Shown here: positions 17,651-27,229 of the stretch, piece after piece
Layout: each line of letters begins with the position of its first letter
Position numbering within the stretch: the stretch's first letter is position 1
IMG/VR virus record: IMGVR_UViG_2786546887_000004
Strand: one strand, 5' to 3'
Length of the DNA stretch: 64,000 nucleotides
Source: an uncultured virus (IMG/VR IMGVR_UViG_2786546887_000004)
Taxonomy: Duplodnaviria > Heunggongvirae > Uroviricota > Caudoviricetes
Translations under genes and position numbers: made by a program
Notes under the pieces: generated by a model
What the model saw: the letters and a program-made list of their open reading frames with translations, nothing else
Databases searched by the model: none
Told to the model about the DNA's origin: nothing

Positions 17651-19954
17651 TTATATAGTACAACTTTCACAATTCTCTTCGTCTTTTACTTCTTCTTTTT
17701 CTGGCACATTATCTGTCCAACCAACTGGATGTGATGGTTCGTCAATATCTTTCTTAGCGTCATATGTATTCTGATAATAAGAAGTCTTCCAACCATACTT
17801 ATATGTATTCAATAAGTCTTCAGCCATTACTGATAATGGTACCTGTCCCTCTTCATAGTTCTCTGGATTGTATGACCAGTTGCCTGATATTGCCTGATCA
17901 AAATACTTTTGCATAACAGAAACAACATTTATATAACCTTCATTAGATTTCATATCCCATAAAAGTGTATAATTGTTTTTTAGTTTTGCATATTCAGGTA
18001 CTACTTGTTTTAAAGGACCTTTTTTACTTTTCTTAACACTAATAAAATCTCTTGGTGGTTCTACACCATTTGTTGCATTAGAAACAACAGATGATGATTC
18101 ACTAGGCATTTGTGCCGATAGTGTACTATGTCTTAAACCATCTTTCTTAATTTCTTTTCTTAACCATTCCCAATCAAATGTTAAATCTCTTTTTACTATT
18201 TCATCAACTTCTTTTTTGTATGTGTCAATAGGTAAAATACCATCTGCGTATTTTGTTCTATCAAAGTATTTACACTTACCTTTTTCTTTTGCTAATTGAT
18301 TTGATGTTTTTAGTAGATAGTATTGAAACGCCTCTGTTAATTTATCTATCTGTCGCCATGCAAGTTTCTGGTCATACTTATAACCTTTCTTTGCAAGATA
18401 GTGAGCAAGGCCAATATAACCAATACCTAAACTTCTTCTTGCCTTTGTAGATATTTCTGCAGCCACTACTGGATATTTTTGATGATCTATTATTTCATCT
18501 AATGCCCTAACTGCTAAATCACATAATGGTTCTAATTCATATCTTCTATTAATCTTACCGACATTGATTGCACTTAAAATACATAATGCAATTTCACCTT
18601 CTTTGTCTATGTGTTGTATAGGGTCAGTAGGTAAAGTAATTTCTTGGCATAAGTTTGACATATAAACTCTGTCTTTAAAACTAGAGTGTGTATTACAATG
18701 ATCTATATTCATAATATAGATACGACCTGTTTCTGCTCTTTCTTTTAGTATGTCAAAGATTAGTTCCTGAGCATTTACTTTTGTTTTTTTCACACTAGTT
18801 TTTCTTTCTGCCTTTTCGTAAAGATCATCAAACTCTGGTGATCCCCATGCCTCATATAATTCAGGCACTTCATGTGGTGAAAATAATGTAATATCTTTGT
18901 TCTCAATAAATCTTTCATAAAATAGTTTTGATAATTGTATTGAGTAATCTAATTTTCTAACTCTGTTATCTTCACTACCTTTATTATTTTTTAAAACTAT
19001 AATGTCTTCTATCTCTTGGTGCCATATTGGGAAGTGTACCGTAGCACTACCACCTCTTACACCATTTTGTGTGCAACACTTAACGGTTGACTCAAACTTT
19101 TTAAGAAAAGGAATAACACCTGTGTGTTGTACTTCACCACCTCTAATTCTACTATTGATACCTCTAATACGACCTGCATTGATACCAATACCTGCTCTTT
19201 GAGCAACATAACTTCCTATTGCCATATCACTTGAAAAAATGGATGGCAAGGTGTCATCAACATCTACTAATACGCAACTAGCATATTGTCTCATAGGTGT
19301 TCTAACACCTGCCATAACAGGAGTAGGTATGTTAATTTTGAAAGTTGAAATAGCGTCATAGTATTTTTTTACATATGACATTCTTGTTGATTTAGGATAC
19401 TTTGCAAATAAAGTAGCAGAAATCATCATGTACATAAATTGTGGTGTTTCAAATATTTGATCTGTACTTCTATCTTGTACTAGATATTTGTCTATGACTT
19501 GTCTTAAACCTGCGTAAGTAAAATCGTAATCTCTATCATGTTTTAACCATAACTCCATTCTATCAAAATCTTTTCTTTCATAGTTATCAAATATTTCTGA
19601 GTCATAAACTTGAGCGTCAACACAACTTTTTACTTGATCAGCAAAGTGTGGGTGATCCCATAATTTACCAAATAGTTTTTTTCTTAATGAGTATAGTAAA
19701 AGTCTAGCAGCAACATATGTGTAATTAGGATTTTCTAAAGATATTAAGTCGGAGGCCGATTTGATTAATATCTGTTGTATTTCGTCTGTTGTTATACCAT
19801 CATAAAATTGTAGACCACTATTCATTTCTACCTGTGAGGCTGATACGCCACTTATATCTTCACAAGCATATTCCATCATGTCATGTATCTTATCAATGTT
19901 TAGTGGTTCGTTACCACGACCGTTTCGTTTTTTGACGCTTATATTGTCCGCCAT
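17651..19954 (-). CDS. nrdA: Ribonucleotide reductase class Ia alpha subunit with ATP cone
   Basis: VKKRNG ATP cone, PTPVMAGVRT, SCVL, SNLCQEI, MPSESSS, C-terminal CESC. Confidence 0.97.
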   Translation of the reverse strand: MADNISVKKRNGRGNEPLNIDKIHDMMEYACEDISGVSASQVEMNSGLQFYDGITTDEIQQILIKSASDLISLENPNYTYVAARLLLYSLRKKLFGKLWDHPHFADQVKSCVDAQVYDSEIFDNYERKDFDRMELWLKHDRDYDFTYAGLRQVIDKYLVQDRSTDQIFETPQFMYMMISATLFAKYPKSTRMSYVKKYYDAISTFKINIPTPVMAGVRTPMRQYASCVLVDVDDTLPSIFSSDMAIGSYVAQRAGIGINAGRIRGINSRIRGGEVQHTGVIPFLKKFESTVKCCTQNGVRGGSATVHFPIWHQEIEDIIVLKNNKGSEDNRVRKLDYSIQLSKLFYERFIENKDITLFSPHEVPELYEAWGSPEFDDLYEKAERKTSVKKTKVNAQELIFDILKERAETGRIYIMNIDHCNTHSSFKDRVYMSNLCQEITLPTDPIQHIDKEGEIALCILSAINVGKINRRYELEPLCDLAVRALDEIIDHQKYPVVAAEISTKARRSLGIGYIGLAHYLAKKGYKYDQKLAWRQIDKLTEAFQYYLLKTSNQLAKEKGKCKYFDRTKYADGILPIDTYKKEVDEIVKRDLTFDWEWLRKEIKKDGLRHSTLSAQMPSESSSVVSNATNGVEPPRDFISVKKSKKGPLKQVVPEYAKLKNNYTLLWDMKSNEGYINVVSVMQKYFDQAISGNWSYNPENYEEGQVPLSVMAEDLLNTYKYGWKTSYYQNTYDAKKDIDEPSHPVGWTDNVPEKEEVKDEENCESCTI

Positions 19955-19963
19955 CTTGCCTCC

Positions 19964-20977
19964 TTAGCAACGCTTATATGAATTTAATTTTGTTAATGCT
20001 GATAAACCTGAATAGGTATTATCGAATATAATATTTTGTACTTGCGTTTTTGTTTTATCGTTCATTATTAGTTCGTTTATATCTTTTTCTTTTATATCAT
20101 CTGGCCATATGACCAACTTGTAATTATCATCTATCACTTTATACATTCGTTTTATTATTTCTTTATTTCTCGGTTCATTATCAAAAACAAAAACGACATC
20201 TTTTTGATCGCCTGGCAATTGTATATCTGCACCAGCAGCTGCAATACAATTGTCAATGAATAAACTATCAATAGGACCTTCTACTATGTATATCGTCTTA
20301 TGTAAATTTATTCTATCTAATCCAAATATTTTTTGTTTGTTTTCATACAACTTAAGCGTGATATATTTTGGTTGTTCTTTACCAAAAGCACGACCTTGAA
20401 TTGCAAAAACTTCACCATCAACATCATAGAAAGGAATAATTAATCTAGGATGCTCATACTTTTCTGTCTCTTCACCAAATGTTCCAGGTTTTAATTTGTT
20501 TACAAATGCCTGAAACTTGTTGCTCAAATATAGTTTAGAAAAATACTCTTCAGGTATTCTTCTTTTCAATAAGTACTTCTTCGCAGGATGTACATTATCT
20601 ATTTTATCGAAAGATTTAAGACCTTGTAGAGGCGTAATGTTGAGTTTCTTTTTTATATCACTCTTAAATCTGTCAAATAAATTATCTTCACTGATAGGTT
20701 TATTACCTTTATATCTTTCTAAAATATATTGGTCATATATTTTTCTATCAACTACTTTTATAAAGTTTGCCAAATTGTGTGAAGCACTACAATTATGACA
20801 CTTAAAAAACATATCATTTTTTACTCTGTAAAGATATGCTCTTGCTTTGGTTTTTGACTTCTTTGAATCACCACAGACTGGACAACGAAAGTTAAAAAGA
20901 TAATCTTTCTTTCTTTTAAATTGCTGTAATCTTGGCTGTATTTTACTGATATAATCTAAATCAACATAACTACTCAT
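19964..20977 (-). CDS. DNA primase (T4 gp61-like)
   Basis: NFRCPVCGDS...CHNC zinc finger; TOPRIM VEGPIDS and DNEPRN; start reassigned to MSSYVD. Confidence 0.93.
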   Translation of the reverse strand: MSSYVDLDYISKIQPRLQQFKRKKDYLFNFRCPVCGDSKKSKTKARAYLYRVKNDMFFKCHNCSASHNLANFIKVVDRKIYDQYILERYKGNKPISEDNLFDRFKSDIKKKLNITPLQGLKSFDKIDNVHPAKKYLLKRRIPEEYFSKLYLSNKFQAFVNKLKPGTFGEETEKYEHPRLIIPFYDVDGEVFAIQGRAFGKEQPKYITLKLYENKQKIFGLDRINLHKTIYIVEGPIDSLFIDNCIAAAGADIQLPGDQKDVVFVFDNEPRNKEIIKRMYKVIDDNYKLVIWPDDIKEKDINELIMNDKTKTQVQNIIFDNTYSGLSALTKLNSYKRC

Positions 20978-20986
20978 ATAATATAC

Positions 20987-21015
20987 ATTATATATCAATC
21001 CACAAAAAAAGTCAA
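20987..21015 (-). promoter_or_regulatory. sigma70-type promoter for primase/nrd
   Basis: TTGACT-N17-TATAAT. Confidence 0.75.
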
Positions 21016-21018
21016 GTA

Positions 21019-21510
21019 CTATATCGGTAATATATTAAATAACTGAGGTGCCCATAGACCTAATACTATCGCAGCCCCTATGATAATCCATCTGTACTTT
21101 TCTAACACACCTACTCTTTCAGATAGACTAATTTTGAGTTCTTTCATCTCACACATTAAACGCTTTTGTGATAGTTCGACTTCTTCTCTTAAATCTTTGA
21201 CATTTTTATTTAGTCTGCTATGTAGGTCTTCAAACTTATTTTCTGATTCTACTCTTCGATTCTCTAATAGGTTGAATATGGCTTTATCTACTTCCTCTTG
21301 TTTATTTAACTTCTCATCATGCACGGCTAACATAGACTTTAGACTACCAGATATTTCTGTTAGTTTATCTATTGCGCCATCAAGTTTAGTGCTCATCACA
21401 CTAACAGATTTTACATCATTCTTTAATACTTCAATAGATGTCTTTTGCTCAATTAGTTCTTTTGCTATTTGAGCGACCGTCTTTCTTGTTTCGCCGTTGC
21501 CGTTTGCCAT
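21019..21510 (-). CDS. Coiled-coil protein with C-terminal transmembrane anchor
   Basis: Heptad-rich body; WIIIGAAIVLGLW tail. Confidence 0.75.
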   Translation of the reverse strand: MANGNGETRKTVAQIAKELIEQKTSIEVLKNDVKSVSVMSTKLDGAIDKLTEISGSLKSMLAVHDEKLNKQEEVDKAIFNLLENRRVESENKFEDLHSRLNKNVKDLREEVELSQKRLMCEMKELKISLSERVGVLEKYRWIIIGAAIVLGLWAPQLFNILPI

Positions 21511-21511
21511 A

Positions 21512-21823
21512 TTAATTAGCTAGAGGATTTGACGCTCTAATTTTTAGTTCTTTAATTTGTGCTTTTAATAACTCTATTTCTTTTTCATTTATTTTGATTA
21601 GAGTTAATTGTTTTTCAATTGTAGTGTTTTGTTCTAAAATTGTTTTATTTTGTGTCTTAAATTCTGCTTCAATTTTAGATGGTTCAACACTCTCAATTTT
21701 ATTCATTATCTCACCATACTTAACAAAACCAGTACCAATAGTACCAATTAAACCAACCGTTGCAATTAAAGCTGTAAGATTGTTTTTGATTTTATCTATC
21801 ATGTTTGTTCCTTTTTTCTTCAC
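21512..21823 (-). CDS. Membrane-anchored coiled-coil protein
   Basis: ALIATVGLIGTIGTGF helix, coiled coil, C-terminal NPLAN. Confidence 0.7.
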   Translation of the reverse strand: MKKKGTNMIDKIKNNLTALIATVGLIGTIGTGFVKYGEIMNKIESVEPSKIEAEFKTQNKTILEQNTTIEKQLTLIKINEKEIELLKAQIKELKIRASNPLAN

Positions 21824-23601
21824 TTTAGACTTTCCTTCAAAGCGTATATTTCACTTCTCAATGTGTTTATTTCACTTTGAACATTAACAAGTGCTACTTG
21901 TTGTTGTAATATTGGGTCGTTAGATGTATATTTAACTAACGATTTGTCACCATAAATTTGTGATTGTTCTATTATATTCACACTAGAATAAAATGATATT
22001 TCTTCTAGTTGTTTTTGATTAGTATATACTTTCTTATTTATATATCCTGTCAAGTCAGCACCACCTGTCGTTATACCTTGAGTTTTAATAAGTTGTATAG
22101 CCGCAAGTTGTTGATCTACTCTCTTTAATTTAGACATTACCTTTTCAATAACCTTTTGTACTTTCTGTTCTATGCCGACAATTCTAGTCTTTGTCCGTAT
22201 ATCCGATTTAACATCGCCAGTCTCTTTGCTCTCCACACCTTCTTCATTACTCTCCGTCTCCGTCTCATTTTCTGTTTCCTTATCTTCAGCCACATTAGAT
22301 TCAGTAGATACATTCTCACTAGTTTCTCCTGTCTCATTTGTTTCATTAGGTGTCTCTTCCATAGTTTCTGTTGTCGTAGACTCAGTTTCATTGATTTCCT
22401 CTTTCGGTTCGTTCATTAAAGTTTCAGTAGGTTCTTCTTCTTTAACTTCTTCCGTCAGTGTAGGCTCATTGTTCATCTCCTCTATTTGTTCTTCTTTGAT
22501 TTCTTGTACAGGTTCTTCTTCTATAAATGATACAGCAGACCCAAACTCTTCTTTCATCTCTTCCATAACCATGTTTGTGGCCTCTTCAAAAAACTGCTCT
22601 TCTTGTAATTCAACTTCAACTAAAGCAGTTTCAAATTCTTCTACTAGATTTTCTTCTACTAATATCTCTTTAAAATTTTCTACAAAAATTTCTCTAAACT
22701 CTTCTATCTTAATTTCTTTAATTTCTATCTCTTCTAATTCTAACATAGGTAAAGGTGCAAACTCAAAAGTTTCTATTTCTTCTACCTGTGCTAAATTGAT
22801 TTCTTCTAATTCTTGTACTAAAGTTTCTAATTCTAATTGTGCTTCTTCTAATTGTAAGTTTGCTAATTCTATTTCTTGTTCGGTCTCTTCACTGATTTGA
22901 ACTGGTTGATATGCTATATCTAATAATGTGGCAGTTAGACTTGCACCAAGTAAGTTAGGACCAATAGAGTCAACATTAACATAACCATTATAACCACCAT
23001 CTGTACCTTTCCACTCCCAATCGTATTTACGTGAGCCTGTATCTGTATAACTTACCGTGTCTGTATATGTGATGGTATTTCCGTAGTAGCCAGCGTCATT
23101 GTTTCTTGTAAATGTAGTTATTGCAAGTACATTATTATTTGCGTCTAGTATCTTAATTGTGTTTGTGTAAGTATCTCTTTGACCACCGCCTACATTATGT
23201 TGACCACATTGATATGATGATCCAGTCCATTCACAATTCTGTACTTCAGATATAGAGTTTAAGGTCACACCACCATCTAAACTATTTTCTGTTGTTGTAA
23301 ATGAACCACCTGATTGTTTTGTAGTTGTGATACCTACTAAAGAACCATTAGCAGATACAATACCCTCACCTTTTGCTTCTAGTTCGTTTCCAAATGGTTG
23401 TATACCACTATCATATGAAAAACCTGAAGCCATACCTACTTTATCAGGTGATAGATTGTCTGATTGATTTTGATAAGATGATTGACCGTCACCTGCATTA
23501 GGTAACAAGTTGCCTGAGGTTGCTGTCTCTGCCTTACTTACGCTTTGAGAAGTCGTAAGGATTAAGAGACTGAGCCCAACAATATACTTTGTAATTTGCA
23601 T
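21820..23601 (-). CDS. Large secreted protein with Glu-rich stalk
   Basis: Signal-peptide-like N-terminus; G/S/T/N-rich domain; long E-rich region. Confidence 0.75.
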   Translation of the reverse strand: MQITKYIVGLSLLILTTSQSVSKAETATSGNLLPNAGDGQSSYQNQSDNLSPDKVGMASGFSYDSGIQPFGNELEAKGEGIVSANGSLVGITTTKQSGGSFTTTENSLDGGVTLNSISEVQNCEWTGSSYQCGQHNVGGGQRDTYTNTIKILDANNNVLAITTFTRNNDAGYYGNTITYTDTVSYTDTGSRKYDWEWKGTDGGYNGYVNVDSIGPNLLGASLTATLLDIAYQPVQISEETEQEIELANLQLEEAQLELETLVQELEEINLAQVEEIETFEFAPLPMLELEEIEIKEIKIEEFREIFVENFKEILVEENLVEEFETALVEVELQEEQFFEEATNMVMEEMKEEFGSAVSFIEEEPVQEIKEEQIEEMNNEPTLTEEVKEEEPTETLMNEPKEEINETESTTTETMEETPNETNETGETSENVSTESNVAEDKETENETETESNEEGVESKETGDVKSDIRTKTRIVGIEQKVQKVIEKVMSKLKRVDQQLAAIQLIKTQGITTGGADLTGYINKKVYTNQKQLEEISFYSSVNIIEQSQIYGDKSLVKYTSNDPILQQQVALVNVQSEINTLRSEIYALKESLK

Positions 23602-23650
23602 AGATTATAATGCCACTCCAAATAATCCAATTGATAATACCGAAATCCAT
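23534..23650 (-). CDS. Small membrane peptide (38 aa) overlapping the next gene
   Basis: AAGGA SD; MDFGIINWIIWSGIIIYANYKVYCWAQSLNPYDFSKRK. Confidence 0.5.
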   Translation of the reverse strand: MDFGIINWIIWSGIIIYANYKVYCWAQSLNPYDFSKRK

Positions 23651-23669
23651 AGTTTTCCTTTACTAGTCT

Positions 23670-24395
23670 TTACTTTACTTTTTTTTTTAGCTTCTCAATT
23701 TCAAGTTCTAGTTTTTTCTGTTCAACACTATTCTTACTAATTTCATTTGCTTGTGTGGCAATAACTTCATCTTTTTCTTTCATCTTTTCTTCCCAATCTT
23801 TATTGCCTTTTTCTATAACTTTTAATCTCTTTGTATATACTTTGTAATCTGGTCTTAATTTGTTATATTTTTTCCATTGTTCTTTTGCTTCATTACCTAT
23901 CTTACCTTCAAAAGGACAAGGTGTGCCTGATTGTTCCATTGCATAGAACACTCTCTCATCTTGGCATAGTATTGATACAGCTGCAACTTTCATACCTAAG
24001 TCATTTAATACTTTACTTAATTTAATTCTTTCACAATTCTCATCTGTTCTAAAAGTGCCTGCTGATACACCTAAACCGAAAGTAGATACACCACCTGATA
24101 ACCCTACTACGCAAAGGTCTTGCGACATTGCTGACATACTAGGTGCTGATGATTGAGCGGTAACCCTAGTGTCGCCTGAGTAGGCATTAGTAGTATTTGT
24201 AGTTGTTGTATTATTACTTGATCCAGATTGATATTCATTCGTTGTTTCTGCCGAATAACCACCTGATATAGTGGTGTTTGAACCGCTCGCATTTGTTTGA
24301 GAGTTCGTTGTCGTTCCAGAGTTGGTAACATCAGCCCACGAAGGTGTTAACCCTAGCATAATATAGAATAACAAAAAGACTAATAATCTTTTCAT
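23670..24395 (-). CDS. Secreted Cys-containing protein
   Basis: Signal peptide ending SWA; T/S/N-rich linker; DLC...DENCE...LCQD...TPCP. Confidence 0.75.
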   Translation of the reverse strand: MKRLLVFLLFYIMLGLTPSWADVTNSGTTTNSQTNASGSNTTISGGYSAETTNEYQSGSSNNTTTTNTTNAYSGDTRVTAQSSAPSMSAMSQDLCVVGLSGGVSTFGLGVSAGTFRTDENCERIKLSKVLNDLGMKVAAVSILCQDERVFYAMEQSGTPCPFEGKIGNEAKEQWKKYNKLRPDYKVYTKRLKVIEKGNKDWEEKMKEKDEVIATQANEISKNSVEQKKLELEIEKLKKKVK

Positions 24396-24454
24396 AATTC
24401 CTTTTGATAATGTTTAGATAATGTGAAATAATGTAGTTTAAATCAATTCTAAAG

Positions 24455-24462
24455 TATTTATA
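24455..24462 (-). promoter_or_regulatory. T4-type late promoter
   Basis: Intergenic TATAAATA. Confidence 0.65.
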
Positions 24463-24467
24463 AAATT

Positions 24468-24992
24468 TTATTCGTAGATTTTTTTCTTTTCATAAGCAGG
24501 TTGATGTCTGCCTATAATATCAAGTATTTCCCAAGAGCCGTCTTCGTTTACTCTTACTTTTGCGTTAACTTTGTCGCAAGTCATGTTGTAAACGCCCTCT
24601 TTATTTTCAGTTTCTCTATATTCTTTTTCTTTTTCTCTTTTGTTTTTTAAACAATCTACTAAATTCTCTGAAGCAACGTGATCTACTAAAACTCTATTGC
24701 CGTTTTCATCTATTTCAAATATGCAAACTGCGAATACCACACCCTCTTCAGGTGTAGATGAAGACGCTTTATGTTCTTCTTTCATCACGGTTACGTGTTT
24801 GTGTTTCTTTTCGATAGGACAAACTTGATGACCATCATCACCACAACCTGTGCAATCAGCTAATGCTTTATTCATACCAAAAGCAAATAACATGAAAAGA
24901 ACAAATATAATAACAGGACTATATTTTTCTATTAACTTAAATCTTTTCTGTTCTTTTTCAGTAATTTGATCTATGTTATTTTCTGTATCCAT
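24468..24992 (-). CDS. Exported Cys-rich protein
   Basis: Hydrophobic helix ending ALA, then DCTGC...C. Confidence 0.7.
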   Translation of the reverse strand: MDTENNIDQITEKEQKRFKLIEKYSPVIIFVLFMLFAFGMNKALADCTGCGDDGHQVCPIEKKHKHVTVMKEEHKASSSTPEEGVVFAVCIFEIDENGNRVLVDHVASENLVDCLKNKREKEKEYRETENKEGVYNMTCDKVNAKVRVNEDGSWEILDIIGRHQPAYEKKKIYE

Positions 24993-25297
24993 TAGTCTAA
25001 TATTTTTAGTAATCTAATACCGTATTTTGTTTGTTTATCTTCTTGTAATAATGCCTTTACAGATTTACAAGCGAATACAACTCTTTCGCCGCCAACTTCT
25101 CTACTTGCTACTCTTTTAGATTTCAAGCATTGACTTAAATTTTCTTTGTATACCCACTCAATTAATTTACCATTAAGTGTTAATGTTAAGGCGATTACGC
25201 CATCTTTTTCATACTTTTCTCCACCAGTGTAAAGTTTAGCTGCAAATACACTTGAAGCAAATAGTATCATAAAAAATGTTATTAGTAATTTTTTCAT
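24992..25297 (-). CDS. Secreted protein
   Basis: Sec-type signal MKKLLITFFMILFASSVFA; CLK.KR...C motif shared with the 24468 ORF. Confidence 0.7.
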   Translation of the reverse strand: MKKLLITFFMILFASSVFAAKLYTGGEKYEKDGVIALTLTLNGKLIEWVYKENLSQCLKSKRVASREVGGERVVFACKSVKALLQEDKQTKYGIRLLKILD

Positions 25298-25755
25298 TAT
25301 TGTGTTTTACCGTTACCGTTTGAATAGATTATACTTCTATTACTATCCTTTAATTTCTCAACATCATCTCTAAGCATTTTTACGTCCTCTTGCAATCTTT
25401 TAATGTTGACCCCATTGTTCATCATATTTTCCATTTGTGACTGAATAGTCTCTAACTGACCAGCAATGTGTTCAATCAACATAAATTGCTCTGAGTCAGC
25501 AGGTGGTGAACCTAATTCACCTCTTGGCCACTTAATTCTAAATTCGTTATTCTTCTCAATATCAGCACTTAAAGTTTCTGTAACCTGATTTAAATCTTTT
25601 TCAGATAATTGTGCTTTAGTTTCAAGCATGGTAATACGTTCTAACACACCGAAGTATGCCCAAACGCCAACTGCAACTGCTGAAATAATAGCCAATAAGT
25701 TTTTCATTGGCATGCTAATAGCTGTTTGTTCTGATATATCAAGTCTATTTTTCAT
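25297..25755 (-). CDS. Membrane-anchored coiled-coil protein
   Basis: MPMKNLLAIISAVAVGVWAYFG helix followed by heptads. Confidence 0.7.
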   Translation of the reverse strand: MKNRLDISEQTAISMPMKNLLAIISAVAVGVWAYFGVLERITMLETKAQLSEKDLNQVTETLSADIEKNNEFRIKWPRGELGSPPADSEQFMLIEHIAGQLETIQSQMENMMNNGVNIKRLQEDVKMLRDDVEKLKDSNRSIIYSNGNGKTQ

Positions 25756-26131
25756 TTTCGTCCTCTAAATCACCTTCGTAGTACTCTTTATATTTATCTA
25801 ACAAATCATTTGTAATCTTTAATTGATTCCTAATTTGTGCAAAATTCTTGGCAAGAAGTTCAAAATCTTTGTCTGTTAGTCCCCATAGAACAGGATCAAT
25901 GCCAGATTCCTCTAGTCTTTTAAATACTTCCTCGGCATTCTTACTAGTGATAATTATCCATCGTAAGTTCTCTAACTCTAGTGGAGTGGGTTTGTTCAAA
26001 TTGAGTTTTTCACGCTCAACTTCCTTCTTAAATATCTCTAATGTCTTTACACCCGAACAACTAGTAAGGGACGTAATTAGGATTAGCGATACTAGGACAC
26101 TCGCTATTAATTTCACTTTTCTTTGTAGCAT
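25745..26131 (-). CDS. Outer-membrane lipoprotein, putative o-spanin
   Basis: Lipobox LTSC after a hydrophobic signal; 5' end overlaps the upstream gene. Confidence 0.65.
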   Translation of the reverse strand: MLQRKVKLIASVLVSLILITSLTSCSGVKTLEIFKKEVEREKLNLNKPTPLELENLRWIIITSKNAEEVFKRLEESGIDPVLWGLTDKDFELLAKNFAQIRNQLKITNDLLDKYKEYYEGDLEDENEK

Positions 26132-26528
26132 TTTTTTCTTCTTCAGTTAATTCGGCGCCACTTGCTATTTCAATACATCTTGTTGCCAATGCACTCGCAC
26201 CGTTTGTTATTCTTTCAATAGACTTTGTTTTAGCAATTGCAAGTTTGCCAACATCTCTATTCTTCTTGTTAAATCTTTTATCTAAATCGTCTAGGTCTTT
26301 TTTCAATACNCTAACTAACTCGTTCATCTTTTGATTTGCAGCTAGTATCTCTTTAAAGTCTTCTTTTTGTGACGTGATAAGTTCTTGTTGTTCAGCGACT
26401 GCTGATTCTAATTTGATTGCGTTTTCTTTTAAAATTGCATTATCTCTTTGCAACTTCATAACATAGGCGCCAGCGCCCAAAAGGGCACTAGCAATAATAC
26501 CTATAAATAACATTCTCATACCAAACAT
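26061..26528 (-). CDS. Putative i-spanin
   Basis: N-terminal TM helix, long coiled coil, C-terminal Cys residues; overlaps the lipoprotein gene. Confidence 0.65.
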   Translation of the reverse strand: MFGMRMLFIGIIASALLGAGAYVMKLQRDNAILKENAIKLESAVAEQQELITSQKEDFKEILAANQKMNELVXVLKKDLDDLDKRFNKKNRDVGKLAIAKTKSIERITNGASALATRCIEIASGAELTEEEKNATKKSEINSECPSIANPNYVPY

Positions 26529-26534
26529 ATTATT

Positions 26535-26645
26535 TTACTTCTTCCAAAATTTAAGTTTTTTTGCAAATGCAGCCAAGTCTTCAAACTTCTCGTTGACATA
26601 CCAACCTGCAATAAAACCTACTATAAATCCTATTGTTGTAAACAT
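26535..26645 (-). CDS. Small membrane peptide (36 aa, not in ORF track)
   Basis: MFTTIGFIVGFIAGWYVNEKFEDLAAFAKKLKFWKK; AAGGA SD. Confidence 0.65.
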   Translation of the reverse strand: MFTTIGFIVGFIAGWYVNEKFEDLAAFAKKLKFWKK

Positions 26646-26646
26646 A

Positions 26647-27228
26647 TTAATCCTTTACCTTTGCGTTTCTTTTTCTATGACCATTCCAAGCAACAAAGCC
26701 ACCTAATCTTAATGACCAGTATGCTAAATAATTCATTGTGTAGAAACCATTTACTTCTATACATATATCTCTAAAGATTTCGTCTGCTTTCTTTTGATCT
26801 ACTACTAGAAGTGCTCCTTTACCAGTTCTTTTTAAACAAGCGTATTTATAAGCATAATCATGCACTAAACCACCCATTAACAAAACACCAACTGGTGAGA
26901 AAAATGTTCTTAAAAATTTAGGTATACTTGCGCCGTCAAATACAAAACCTGCTGGTATGATATATTCATTACCATTGATTCTATATTTCCAGTCTTTTGT
27001 TATTTCCCAATTTCTTGTAGAAAGTAACCACATTACTATACCTTTCCAGAAACCTTTACCTTTTGTTTTGATTGGTACAGGTTTTAATTCTGGCATTTTG
27101 TCAGCATGAAAAGTTAGTTTACTTACTTTCTTTTTATCTAACAAATTTATTAAAGCTGCTATTATTACTACTGCAATTAAGATTGACCATTGCCAAAATT
27201 TCATTGCNAGTGCTACTATAAGTTCCAT
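26647..27228 (-). CDS. DUF1353-like protein with N-terminal TM helix
   Basis: IPAGFVFDGASIP...VHDYAY...ADEIF. Confidence 0.75.
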   Translation of the reverse strand: MELIVAXAMKFWQWSILIAVVIIAALINLLDKKKVSKLTFHADKMPELKPVPIKTKGKGFWKGIVMWLLSTRNWEITKDWKYRINGNEYIIPAGFVFDGASIPKFLRTFFSPVGVLLMGGLVHDYAYKYACLKRTGKGALLVVDQKKADEIFRDICIEVNGFYTMNYLAYWSLRLGGFVAWNGHRKRNAKVKD

Positions 27229-27229
27229 A

